NCBI GenBank assembly: GCA_023511535.1
Contig: JAIMBK010000010.1
Location: 633-64,632, forward strand
DNA length: 64,000 bases
Origin: Armatimonadota bacterium
GTDB taxonomy: Bacteria > Bacillota > Desulfotomaculia > Desulfotomaculales > Nap2-2B
Reading direction: 5' to 3'
Within the stretch, counting starts at the first letter, position 1. Every line of letters starts with the position of its first letter. Positions 17,107-26,469 of this stretch are shown in pieces. The notes beneath the pieces are model-generated. The model was not told the origin of the DNA, did no database searches, and saw nothing but the letters and a program-made list of their open reading frames with translations. Position numbers and translations under genes: made by a program.

Positions 17107-20100
17107 CTACTCCTTAAACTTTTCGGCTGCTTCCAGGCGCGCCTGACGTTTTTCTTCATTGTTAAGATGCACTTCATTTACGCGGTCGCCAACGAAATTG
17201 CCACCCTTCCAAAACCACGGAAACTGTTTCTGAGGCCGCACAGGCTCCTTGCCGCGGTCCTTGTTCCAATTAATGTTCGGTTTCCAGCGCAGCACGCCGG
17301 CGCCTTTCCGGCCGCCGGGGATATCGGAAGCCATAAAGGGTCGGATGTTGATGCGCACGCCGTCGTTGATATCCGGTTCCCAGCCGATAGGCTGCTTTTC
17401 GATGGGCTTCCAGCGGACGAAAATGTCGAAAGGTGGTTCGCCGGCAAGGATGGCAATGAGGCGTTTTTGTAATTCTAATGCTGCTGCCAACCGGTCTTCA
17501 GCACCACCTTCGCCCCGCTTCACCCCATCTTTCTGCCGTGTAATCCACTCACCAAGATAACTATAAGTCAGGCTTTCTAAAACCTGCCTGCCCTTGCCAT
17601 TGCCCTCAGCAAGTTTATGGTAGTTGACCAGGGCATGGAAACCGTCGCGCCGGCGCCCGTCCCAGATATACCAGATGAAGGGCCGGTGGTGGAAGAGCCG
17701 GCAGTGTTGCTCAAAGAAATCGTTGCGGAGCCACTCGTCAAGATCCTTCGCCTCTGCACCCGTTGCTGCGATAAGTTCCTGTTCTTTTGTCGGCGACCAG
17801 TCATCCCCATAGGCAGCGATGAGTAAAGCCCGGAGGCGTTCGGCAGCCGGCTCTTCTCCGCGAACGGCAGGGACGCAAACGATGCCGTCGCTATCGGCAT
17901 AATCTTTCAACTCCCGGCAGCGCTGTACCAGCTCGCGTGCTTCCGCAGACAACCGCATCGAATCATCCAGTTCCGCCGGCCAGCGGTAGCCCAAAAGGCG
18001 GGCCACCGCCACCTGAAGCGGTTCGATCGATACCGCCGGGTGCCCGTGGAAGATCCACTGGGTCGGGTCATCCGAATAGGGTTCGGGAAGGCCCCGGGGA
18101 TATTTCTCGGCGGCAACCTTTTGCCAGTATTCCAGGTCGAAGGGAACGTTCGCAAATACCCCAGGAGTTACAAGAATTTTCTGATCAAGTTTCCTAACTT
18201 CTCTTTCAAAGGCTTCAGATTCTAGGAAAGCCCAGATAGCAAGCTTGTTTAAAGAATCAAATGGGATTATCGTTGCAAGCACCTTGCTATAAAATTCTCC
18301 ATCGTATATTGATGCCGTAATACGCCTAGAACCAGAAACGAAAAAACCTTGTTTACCAATAGCATCAAGACCTTGGATTCTTGCACTATCTGATTTAGCA
18401 AGTTCGCAATTATCATTTGGCCAATCCCATACATGGTTTCGGCCCGAATACAAGCCTTCATCAGGTGCGGATAACAAAAGTTTCCATCGCCCATTGAAAC
18501 TATTAAATTCCCAAAATAAACGGATAAACCTAGGCTCATCGCCGGTTGATGACCCTTGAAGTATTGAACAATACTGACCTAGCGTTTCATTAACCAATGG
18601 TATTTCTGTAATTGTAACTCTTGCTTCTGGATTTTTAAACTGATCGCTCTGAACCATAGTCCGAAGCTCTCCTATATAAAGAAATCTAGCCTTCTCCTGC
18701 GCCGTGCGGGGAGCGATGGCGTCGATGCCGACAAAGGCATGACCCTCAGGTGGAATAGAGGCGGAAATAATGAGGAGAACCGTAAAAGCACCTGCAGCTT
18801 GTGAATTTTCGAATCCCCCTTCGCCAAGCTGAGCAAGTATTTCCCATCGTCTTGTTTTTAACAATCGAGTGCGGAACTTCCTATAGCTGGTCAAAAATAG
18901 CCAATTCTGCGGCAAAACCAGCGCCGTTATGCCGGCAGGTGAATTGAGACGGAGCAAGCGGTCCAGGAACACAGTAGCAATATCGTTCCTGGCTTCGCCG
19001 TAATATTGCGCGCAAAATTCTTTGAGCGGATCGATCTGTTTACCCCGGGCCAGGTACGGCACGTTGGTTATAATCAGGTGGTAGCGCCCGCCGAGAATTT
19101 TAACGGCATCAGCAATGCCGCAGGCGGCAACCCCTAATTCACGCTGCTCGTAATCATCTTTCTCCGCGGACATTGCTTTTTCCAGCAAGGGACGTAGTTC
19201 ATCAAACCCGGCTTCTAACAGGTTGTTTTCTAAAGCGGAACCGGGATCAATAAGGCTTCCCAAGACAGGCGCGTCCCGGAAAAGATCATACAGCCTGGCC
19301 ATGCCGTTACGGAGACGCTCGTCTTCGCCAGCCAGATCGATCCAGTCCTTTTTCTTCGTGTTGGGAGCAATGCCGGAGCAGGCTATGCGCAACTCCGGCA
19401 GTATGCGGTGTCCGCCGGCGCCGGGGTAAGTCCAGGCCGCCAGCGCCAGGGCAAAGGCGGCAATTTGCGTGCAGCGCTCGTCGATCTCCAGGCCGTGAAG
19501 GTTTTCGCTTAAGATCGCGTCACATGCCTCCCTGGCCGTCAGGCCTTCCTCGGTCATCCGAATCGGAACTAAATGGTAGAGCGCCGCGACAAGGAAATGG
19601 CCCGAGCCGCAGCATGGGTCGAGGATTTTGAGCCCGGCTGCCCGTTTCGGCCAGCCTTCGAACGTGCCGGCGGCGGGACGCCACGGCCCCTTACCGTCGT
19701 CACTCCGGATAAAGCGTAAATAATCCCAGGACACACCCGGCAAGGCGACTGCCCTCCGAAGCTCTTCCTCACTTTCTGCCTGCTCAGCAAGCTGCGGATT
19801 CTCCGCCAGTACTTTCCCGGCGTGCCAGGCGCCGATAGTGTTGTGGATCAGGAAGTTGACCATATAAGGCTCTGTAAAGAGCTGGGTGACCGCCGGTAAT
19901 TCATCAGCGCCGATTTTGTTGCCCGATTCGTTCACCTGTTTCTTCCGTTTGCTCTGCCAGAACTGATAGACCCAGCCAAGGGCGTCGCTGGCTTTGAAGA
20001 TATCCGGCTCCAGCCCGGCAAGTAACTGCTCCAGCTTCAGTTGATATTCGCGCGCAAAGGTAACCTGCAGCACCGGGTCATCCGGGCGAAAGATCTGCGG

Positions 20101-20517
20101 CAGCATCTGCTGGGCAAAACGGCTGGCCAGGGTCCACAGGTCCGTGCCTTCTTCTTTGGCCAGTTCCTCACCTTCTTCCAGGCTGATGGCCACCCCCATC
20201 TCCGGCTCGATAAGGAGGTCATTTTCCGCCAGGAAACGGGCAAAGAGCATCCGGTGCCAGTGTTCGTAAGCGCACTCCTGGACCAAATGCGTAATTTCCA
20301 GTTTTCCGCTTTTGTCCTGCCTGTCCCCCAGTTGCCGCGCCCGGGCGCGAAGATGGTTGCGCAGCCGGCGCTGTTCCGGCGTCAGATGGCTGTACGGCTC
20401 ATGATGATGCACAGCCAGGGCCTCCAGGGCAGCCCTGGCCCCGGCTTCCGCAACATCCCGGGCCTCGCCAACTGTACGTTCAAGTTTACTGCGAAGTTCT
20501 CCTGATAGTACCGGCAT
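17107..20517 (-). CDS. pglX: BREX-1 N6-adenine DNA methyltransferase PglX
   Basis: SAM-binding motif I ILDPCCGSGHFLV and catalytic motif IV LIITNVPYL (NPPY variant). 1136 aa, in the brxC-pglX-pglZ context. Confidence 0.9.
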   Translation of the reverse strand: MPVLSGELRSKLERTVGEARDVAEAGARAALEALAVHHHEPYSHLTPEQRRLRNHLRARARQLGDRQDKSGKLEITHLVQECAYEHWHRMLFARFLAENDLLIEPEMGVAISLEEGEELAKEEGTDLWTLASRFAQQMLPQIFRPDDPVLQVTFAREYQLKLEQLLAGLEPDIFKASDALGWVYQFWQSKRKKQVNESGNKIGADELPAVTQLFTEPYMVNFLIHNTIGAWHAGKVLAENPQLAEQAESEEELRRAVALPGVSWDYLRFIRSDDGKGPWRPAAGTFEGWPKRAAGLKILDPCCGSGHFLVAALYHLVPIRMTEEGLTAREACDAILSENLHGLEIDERCTQIAAFALALAAWTYPGAGGHRILPELRIACSGIAPNTKKKDWIDLAGEDERLRNGMARLYDLFRDAPVLGSLIDPGSALENNLLEAGFDELRPLLEKAMSAEKDDYEQRELGVAACGIADAVKILGGRYHLIITNVPYLARGKQIDPLKEFCAQYYGEARNDIATVFLDRLLRLNSPAGITALVLPQNWLFLTSYRKFRTRLLKTRRWEILAQLGEGGFENSQAAGAFTVLLIISASIPPEGHAFVGIDAIAPRTAQEKARFLYIGELRTMVQSDQFKNPEARVTITEIPLVNETLGQYCSILQGSSTGDEPRFIRLFWEFNSFNGRWKLLLSAPDEGLYSGRNHVWDWPNDNCELAKSDSARIQGLDAIGKQGFFVSGSRRITASIYDGEFYSKVLATIIPFDSLNKLAIWAFLESEAFEREVRKLDQKILVTPGVFANVPFDLEYWQKVAAEKYPRGLPEPYSDDPTQWIFHGHPAVSIEPLQVAVARLLGYRWPAELDDSMRLSAEARELVQRCRELKDYADSDGIVCVPAVRGEEPAAERLRALLIAAYGDDWSPTKEQELIAATGAEAKDLDEWLRNDFFEQHCRLFHHRPFIWYIWDGRRRDGFHALVNYHKLAEGNGKGRQVLESLTYSYLGEWITRQKDGVKRGEGGAEDRLAAALELQKRLIAILAGEPPFDIFVRWKPIEKQPIGWEPDINDGVRINIRPFMASDIPGGRKGAGVLRWKPNINWNKDRGKEPVRPQKQFPWFWKGGNFVGDRVNEVHLNNEEKRQARLEAAEKFKE

Positions 20518-20528
20518 CCATTTCCCCC

Positions 20529-23500
20529 CTATGAGATCACGATGGGGCCGTCCTTAATTTTATCTAGAAGCTCCCTCTCAATATTGATCACCCAGGCTTT
20601 AACATCATCCTCTGTCCTCAGGGTGCCGCTGGTCAGTTTGATCTTTTGCGTCTTCGGCTCAAGCAGCTTCGCGGCGGCCACTGCGGCATTGCTAAACTGC
20701 TGCGGCAGGGCATCTGTCTTCGTTTTCCAGCTGGACAGAGGGGTTTCCTGGAGCGTTCGGAGGAGTGCCTCGTCATCTTCTACAGAAAGCCGCGGGAGGC
20801 TCTCAATACCTTCATGCACAAGAATTCGTTGCTGCTGCTCCCGGGATAACTTCTTCCAGCTCTCGTTTTTCTCCAGGGCGGCTCTCTCCCGGTTGTATAC
20901 CGCCTCAAAACTGGTGTAAGCCTGCCTCACAGCAGTCCGCAGCGCACTGACCACTGCTCTGTGAATATCCGGAACCGGATCGGGCTCAGCCAACAACCGG
21001 CGCTCAATGCGGACGGCATTGGCCTGTTTAAAAAGCTCTTCTGCTTCGGGCAGGCTTCGGGCATGCCCGAGAAGAGTCTTCAGTTTATCCCAGGCAGGTT
21101 TGCGTTTAGTGGCCAGCTCCGCTAACGCTGACCAGTCCTGCAGCTGCCGGGCCAACGTATCGAACTGCTCGAGAATCGCCGCCAGCTGCTCGTTGCCGGC
21201 AAGCGCCTTCATGTTTTCCAAATGGGCTTTGGAGGGAGGGGCAGGCAATGGCGGCTCGCCACCGGCACCGTCGGCCAGGTCCATAAGCCTGGCCAGGAAT
21301 TGGCCGGCCACGGAAGACTCCTCGCCAGCCTTACAGTTAAAGCCGGCCATTTGAAAAAGCTTGCGTAGCTTCATGCGGCTGCGGACATCGATGGTTACCG
21401 TTTCTGCTCTGAAATCGGTCGCTGAAATCTTTGCCTGATCCAGTTGGCCCCGGCCAAGCTGTACCCCTTTGTATACTGCCCGAAGATGCCCGGTGGTAAA
21501 AAGTGTAATCAGTGCCGCGTCAACAGCATCGCGCGGCCAGCCGTAAGGAGCACTCTCGAAAGTTTCGCGAACTTCTTTACCTGTCTTGCCGGACCCGATT
21601 TCAGAAAGAACGGCTAAACAAACGGGGTGTTTTTCGGGTCCCTCATTCCACCCGACTGCCTGCAAGGCAGATTCGTCGCCATTCTTCGCCCGATTGATCA
21701 CGGTTGGCCACCGGTCGTCGTCAGCATCCCGGAACTCTGGAAAGAGACGATCTAAAGATGCTTCGGCGGCTGCGCGCACCTTCTCTTCCAGGGACAGTTC
21801 AAAACGCTCCTGGCCCCCGCCCTGAAAAACCCTGGCGCCATTAATTACCTCTTGGATGATGCTATCCCGGGCAGTTTCCGCCAATTTCATGCGGGTGGAC
21901 ATGGCCTCGCGGGCCTCCAGGCCTTCCGGCGTCGTAGGAGTGCCCTTGAATTCGATGGTGGCTTTGGCTGCCTCATATTCAATGATTGCTTTCTTGAGGT
22001 CATCAGCACTTGCCTTCGGTATATACACGAAAACAGTCGGGCTCTCACCGCCGGCTGCCCGCGCCTCCGCCAGGACAGTACTTTCGTTTTCTCCCCAGCC
22101 GTCGCGAATCCAGACCGGGATTTCGTGGCCTTTGGAGGCGGGCGGCTCACTGCCGAAATGAAGCACCAACTTGCGCGGTGCTTTACACTTGCCCTGGAGC
22201 AGCTTAAGGTTACCGAGGGCTTTCGTACAGGCTGCATTTAAGAGAGCCGAACGTTTGCTGGACAAAGCCGTAAGGTCGTTGTTCAGCCTTGTCTGCCGGT
22301 TGCGGAATTCCCGGTCCCACTCGCTGCTTTCCCGCGTTTGAAGGCTGTATTCCTCGTCCAGTTTAATCAGTTTCCCTTCTTCAACCAGTTTGTCAAGAAT
22401 CCGGGGAACCTCCCTCCGCAGGGCTGCTCCATCGCTGGCCAGGTCACTTACCAGAAGATCCGCCAGCATCTCTGGGGTGGCCCGCACACCGATGTCGGCA
22501 ACGGCCTCGCGCGGGAGTTTCCGGATGAGGAACACAAGGGCGCAAATGCGCCTGGCCAACAAGCCCTCCGGAGTCCCGTCGTCGAGATTGCGAATGGTTT
22601 CGTCAATTTCCCGCAGAAGGACTCCGGTGCGAAGCAAGTCCGGCTGTAACTGGTCAAATATGAAATCTGCCCAAACGACCGTTCCCAGGGGTTTTTCGGC
22701 AATTTCCCGGACAGCGTCATGCACAATGCGGAGTTGCGTACGAAGCTGGCTGCTGGTTCCCGGAATGTCTACAGCCCGCAGGACATGCTCCCAAAACCGG
22801 CGACGAACAGGTAAAAGCGGATAATCTTCGACAATAATGTTCCGGTCTTCACTTCGCGGAGCAATTCTTGTGCCCACAAGCTGCCGGTCAATTTCACCGG
22901 CGTGGGCGGTTAACATTTCTTCAATAGCCTTGCGTTTATCTGCTTTTTTAGCCAGCACTACCCGGCGGGTTACAGTTTCCACATCTGTATCAGAAAGTTC
23001 CACAGGGATCGTAAAACGGTCCTTTAATCGCTGGAGGAGCGGAACGCCACCGCTAAGAGCCGTCTGGCCGGCTCCGATCAGCAAGACGCGGCTGTCGAGC
23101 TGCTTACAAAGTGCTTCCGCTACTTCCTGAACATCGGTCGAACGAGCCATGCTGTCCCCTATAAAAAGCTGGATTTCGTCAAGGACGATAGCCGCGCAGG
23201 GAAGTTGACCGTTTACAGAAAGAACGTCCCGAATGATCTGGATAAATTCTGCAGTGGGGAGATCATCAACGTCAGGAAACTGGGACCGGATGGTTGCCCG
23301 CACTTGTTTTAAATCGGGGGCAAAATCCGGGTCAGCCTCCAGCAGGGCCCTGGCCAGCACCGGACTGGCGTATAAATGACGGAGTTCCTGTAAAAAATCC
23401 TTTCCTGATTGCTCGACAGCATCTTTGACCCGCTCATAGACGCCGTTTTTTTGAAGCCACAGGCAAAATTGCGCCTGGGGAAGAGATTCCGGCAGGCCCT

Positions 23501-23975
23501 TTGACCGAAAGATGATCCTGAGAATAGTAAGACGAAGGCTCTTCCCTCCGCCCGACGGTAATGTCCCTGCCGCAGCGTGCAGCCCGCCGCATCTTTTTCC
23601 TAACGTGTCCAATTCTTTAAGCAAATCTTTTACTTCCACCGGTAAATGCGCCAGTCCACGGGCCGTCGCGCCATCCGACGCAAATCTGGTGTTCACCCAT
23701 AAATGTCGGAGCATCTTTAACAGGTGCGATTTGCCGCTGCCAAAAAAACCGCTTACCCAGACAGCCGGTTGACTGGTTGAGTTCACATTGCTCAGGTAAG
23801 ACTCGAGAATCCGGATCAGGCCGTCTTTATATTGCCCCTCGCAAACGAAGTGCTCCAATTCGTAGCGAAGCGTCTCAATTTCCCTGGATGTGGCAGCTTC
23901 AGTTACGGCGGCCACACCATCATTCAACAGTTTGGAAACAACAGGATCACGTTGAAAAATCTCACGGTTCTTCAT
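20529..23975 (-). CDS. brxC: BREX P-loop ATPase BrxC
   Basis: N-terminus IFQRDPVVSKLLNDGVAAV...ELEHFVCEGQYKDGL and Walker A VWVSGFFGSGKSHLLKML. 1148 aa. The start shares 1 nt with the brxB stop (TAATG). Confidence 0.9.
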   Translation of the reverse strand: MKNREIFQRDPVVSKLLNDGVAAVTEAATSREIETLRYELEHFVCEGQYKDGLIRILESYLSNVNSTSQPAVWVSGFFGSGKSHLLKMLRHLWVNTRFASDGATARGLAHLPVEVKDLLKELDTLGKRCGGLHAAAGTLPSGGGKSLRLTILRIIFRSKGLPESLPQAQFCLWLQKNGVYERVKDAVEQSGKDFLQELRHLYASPVLARALLEADPDFAPDLKQVRATIRSQFPDVDDLPTAEFIQIIRDVLSVNGQLPCAAIVLDEIQLFIGDSMARSTDVQEVAEALCKQLDSRVLLIGAGQTALSGGVPLLQRLKDRFTIPVELSDTDVETVTRRVVLAKKADKRKAIEEMLTAHAGEIDRQLVGTRIAPRSEDRNIIVEDYPLLPVRRRFWEHVLRAVDIPGTSSQLRTQLRIVHDAVREIAEKPLGTVVWADFIFDQLQPDLLRTGVLLREIDETIRNLDDGTPEGLLARRICALVFLIRKLPREAVADIGVRATPEMLADLLVSDLASDGAALRREVPRILDKLVEEGKLIKLDEEYSLQTRESSEWDREFRNRQTRLNNDLTALSSKRSALLNAACTKALGNLKLLQGKCKAPRKLVLHFGSEPPASKGHEIPVWIRDGWGENESTVLAEARAAGGESPTVFVYIPKASADDLKKAIIEYEAAKATIEFKGTPTTPEGLEAREAMSTRMKLAETARDSIIQEVINGARVFQGGGQERFELSLEEKVRAAAEASLDRLFPEFRDADDDRWPTVINRAKNGDESALQAVGWNEGPEKHPVCLAVLSEIGSGKTGKEVRETFESAPYGWPRDAVDAALITLFTTGHLRAVYKGVQLGRGQLDQAKISATDFRAETVTIDVRSRMKLRKLFQMAGFNCKAGEESSVAGQFLARLMDLADGAGGEPPLPAPPSKAHLENMKALAGNEQLAAILEQFDTLARQLQDWSALAELATKRKPAWDKLKTLLGHARSLPEAEELFKQANAVRIERRLLAEPDPVPDIHRAVVSALRTAVRQAYTSFEAVYNRERAALEKNESWKKLSREQQQRILVHEGIESLPRLSVEDDEALLRTLQETPLSSWKTKTDALPQQFSNAAVAAAKLLEPKTQKIKLTSGTLRTEDDVKAWVINIERELLDKIKDGPIVIS

Positions 23976-24535
23976 TAATCATTCACTCCGTTATGTAAAG
24001 TGATGGGAATGGCCAGGTAATTCCATCCATCGCGAGCATCCAGCAAACGATAATTGTTATTTTCAAATTCGCCCGGGAAAAACAGTACCAACCGCCCGCG
24101 AATGTCCCGGACGACTTCCTTTAAAATATTGGATACTTTTGTAAACCCGTATAAACTGGCAACGCCGTACACAGCAACTACAGTATCAGAGTCGACATCT
24201 TCACCGGTAAGCGCTTCGCGGAGTTCATTTGCTGCAAAATGCAGGAAATCGCTCTCCAGCGGAATCGCCAGGTCTTCCGGCTCTTCGAAATAAATTTCCT
24301 TGTATTCCAGGCTGCTCATCCAACGGGCAAAGGTTTTGGTGAAGTCAAAAGATTTCCATTTATGTCCGGCCTTAATCGTCTCTGTCTCGAAAAGTTCTAA
24401 CCTGGCCCGCAGCTTGCGCTCATCGGTTTTAGGATACACAATAAAAATTATCTTTTGCTCGCCGGCCAGATTACGTTGCCACGGGGCAGCAATGTGATTA
24501 CGATATCGATTTGCCAGCTCCTCAATTCTGCTCAC
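23975..24535 (-). CDS. brxB: BREX protein BrxB (DUF1788)
   Basis: 186 aa with N-terminus ELANRYRNHIAAPWQRNLAGEQKIIFIVYPKTDERKLR typical of DUF1788. It lies between brxA and brxC. Confidence 0.8.
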   Translation of the reverse strand: MSRIEELANRYRNHIAAPWQRNLAGEQKIIFIVYPKTDERKLRARLELFETETIKAGHKWKSFDFTKTFARWMSSLEYKEIYFEEPEDLAIPLESDFLHFAANELREALTGEDVDSDTVVAVYGVASLYGFTKVSNILKEVVRDIRGRLVLFFPGEFENNNYRLLDARDGWNYLAIPITLHNGVND

Positions 24536-25394
24536 GGATCAGCCTCCTTTCCTCCTCCTTTAACATCCGGTCAATGGAAACTTCGATTACGCCGCCTGCG
24601 AAGCTTAAATCCAGCAATCCCAGACGCTTTGCCTCCATTGCCATTTGAATAAGTTCCTCTAAGGGTGCATCAAGCACCTTTGTCCATAATGTTTTGAATA
24701 AGCCGTCACCGCGGGCGCCAAGCAGGTAACCTAACAGAATGGCATAGGAAGTGACGACAGGAGTAGGTCTAACTTTCTGGCGAATCTTCCGGCCACGGCC
24801 TTTTAAGTGTCCCGACTGGGTCCAGGACGAGGAAGCGTTCCGCACAACCTTATCAAGAGTGCGATCATTTAGCCGGCTACCTGCGCTCTCTTTTAGAACA
24901 TCGATCATCTGTTGCCGGGCGAGTTCTTCTCCTGGGCGCATCCGCAGGATTGGAAAAGAGGTAACCCGGAGAAGCGGATCCCGGGCCATGGCAGCGAGCA
25001 AGGCCAGAAGAGAGCGGCCTTCCCCATCTGCCTGCCAGCAATAACGTAACGCTCTAAATAAAAGCAGTGATGGATCGAGACCATATAACTCCCGCAAGCG
25101 CTGACTGGAAATTTTACGGGTCGCAACTGTCCGCTTGCCCAGACAATTATGGTCGACAATTGCTGTTATATAGTCTTCTCGCGTGGCATTTTCCGGACAC
25201 TCCTGGAATAATAACGCCAGTTCCTCAAACATGATGGTTCTGCTGGTGTGGGTACCTTTATCACCAAAGCGAAAACCCATCCGTTCCCAAAGCGCGTAGG
25301 GTAACGAGTCAGCAGAGACTCCTTTTTCAACTAAAATTGGGTCATTTTCCATGTCTGTGATACCACCCTTTTTCGCCGGCAAACTTGCCGTCAA
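24522..25394 (-). CDS. brxA: BREX protein BrxA (DUF1819-like), first gene of the BREX operon
   Basis: Assigned by position upstream of brxB with a 14-nt overlap and by its helical character. The ORF opens at TTG 25394, but the better SD (AAGGGTGG) precedes ATG 25352 (MENDPIL...). The call is by position rather than by a recognised motif. Confidence 0.65.
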   Translation of the reverse strand: MTASLPAKKGGITDMENDPILVEKGVSADSLPYALWERMGFRFGDKGTHTSRTIMFEELALLFQECPENATREDYITAIVDHNCLGKRTVATRKISSQRLRELYGLDPSLLLFRALRYCWQADGEGRSLLALLAAMARDPLLRVTSFPILRMRPGEELARQQMIDVLKESAGSRLNDRTLDKVVRNASSSWTQSGHLKGRGRKIRQKVRPTPVVTSYAILLGYLLGARGDGLFKTLWTKVLDAPLEELIQMAMEAKRLGLLDLSFAGGVIEVSIDRMLKEEERRLIREQN

Positions 25395-25418
25395 AAGATA
25401 TCTTACCTGATCATGGTA

Positions 25419-25427
25419 ATTATAGCA
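25419..25427 (-). promoter_or_regulatory. Candidate extended -10 promoter (TGcTATAAT) of the BREX operon
   Basis: The minus strand reads ...ttgcatttatctcTTGcTATAATtacc..., 25-65 nt upstream of the candidate brxA starts and just downstream of a terminator hairpin. Confidence 0.35.
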
Positions 25428-25463
25428 AGAGATAAATGCAAAAAATTTTATTTATCGATAAAA

Positions 25464-25493
25464 ATACCCCGCACGAAATTTCACGCGGGGTAT
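25464..25493 (-). terminator. Rho-independent terminator downstream of the DUF488 genes
   Basis: 9-bp stem ATACCCCGC / GCGGGGTAT with a 12-nt loop, followed on the minus strand by TTTTTATCG. It insulates the DUF488 genes from the BREX promoter. Confidence 0.6.
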
Positions 25494-25539
25494 CTTTTAC
25501 TCATGCAACTTTTTCTTCCCGTTTAAATAACAAAAAAAT

Positions 25540-25978
25540 TTACAGGTGCCCAATCTCAACCTCCGGCAATCGGTCACAGTAATACTCGGCCAGGAGCCTT
25601 CTATGGCATCGATCTGGCTTATCCTCAGAACAAAGCAAAACAAAAGGGGCCTTTTTGCTTCTCGAAATCTATACTCTGCAGTGGTTCTCTTTGAATAAGC
25701 AAATTCTTATAGATCTTTTCATATTCTTGCCAGGTTATTTTCTTACTCTTATAACTTTTCAGCAAATCTTCCGTTGGCGCCAGTTCCGGGTGGTGTTCGT
25801 AATCAATTCCAACAAGACCCAGGACATATTCCAGGTCTTCTTTTTTGGCGTAACCGGCCAACTGCGAAGTATTATTAAGCCGGACATCGATAACTTTTTT
25901 TACGCCCGCGTTTTTTAATCTGGTAATAAACTCCTTTAAATTCTTTTTCGAGAAACCAATAGTATAAATGAAAATCAA
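25540..25978 (-). pseudogene. DUF488-family gene disrupted by a 1-nt frameshift (or assembly indel) in a homopolymer-rich stretch
   Basis: Frame A encodes MIFIYTIGFSKKNLKEFITRLKNAGVKKVIDVRLNNTS...EKQKGPFCFALF*. Shifting +1 near 25642-25657 (A4/G4/T5 runs) continues as APFVLLCSEDKPDRCHRRLLAEYYCDRL..., the conserved DUF488 C-terminal CHR motif, ending at 25540. Confidence 0.7.
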
Positions 25979-25995
25979 TTTACTTTCCTCCAGTT

Positions 25996-26469
25996 TTAAA
26001 ATAAAGTCAATTGCTCTACTTCAATGTTATTCTTAGCTTTCTTATGTTCTTCTACTCTTACTCCGTGCTGCCTGAGGAAGTTTCTCACCAGGGTCCTGTG
26101 GCAATATCTGCTGTCCCTACAGTAACATACTAGCGCAATGACTCTCCCCGACTCAACATGAATCCAGATTTTCCTCAAAGCGTTAAGCTTCTCATCTGTT
26201 CTTAGTTCTTGCTCAAATATTTCTTTATACTTGTCCCACCATTCGTTACCCGGCCTGTCTTTCCATTCATGCAAATACCTTTTAAACAACTGGGGGCCTG
26301 GTGCTAAATCAGGTACCCACATAGTTCCAGGAATATGATTACCGGCGCGAGTTATCTGCCATACCTCGTCACAAATGATATCTTTAACAGATGAGACATC
26401 CGCGGTAATAACATACCCCCTGGAATTATTTTTCACAATATTCATCTCCCATCCTGGCAAGGGCATCAT
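25996..26469 (-). CDS. Second, divergent DUF488-like protein (157 aa)
   Basis: VPDLAPGPQLFKRYLHEW...WWDKYKEIFEQELRTDEKLNALRKI...GRVIALVCYCRDSRYCHRTLVRNFL follows the DUF488 pattern (LAPS..L, W..Y...EL, C.C...CHR). The start is uncertain among ATG 26469, 26466 and 26445. Confidence 0.6.
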   Translation of the reverse strand: MMPLPGWEMNIVKNNSRGYVITADVSSVKDIICDEVWQITRAGNHIPGTMWVPDLAPGPQLFKRYLHEWKDRPGNEWWDKYKEIFEQELRTDEKLNALRKIWIHVESGRVIALVCYCRDSRYCHRTLVRNFLRQHGVRVEEHKKAKNNIEVEQLTLF

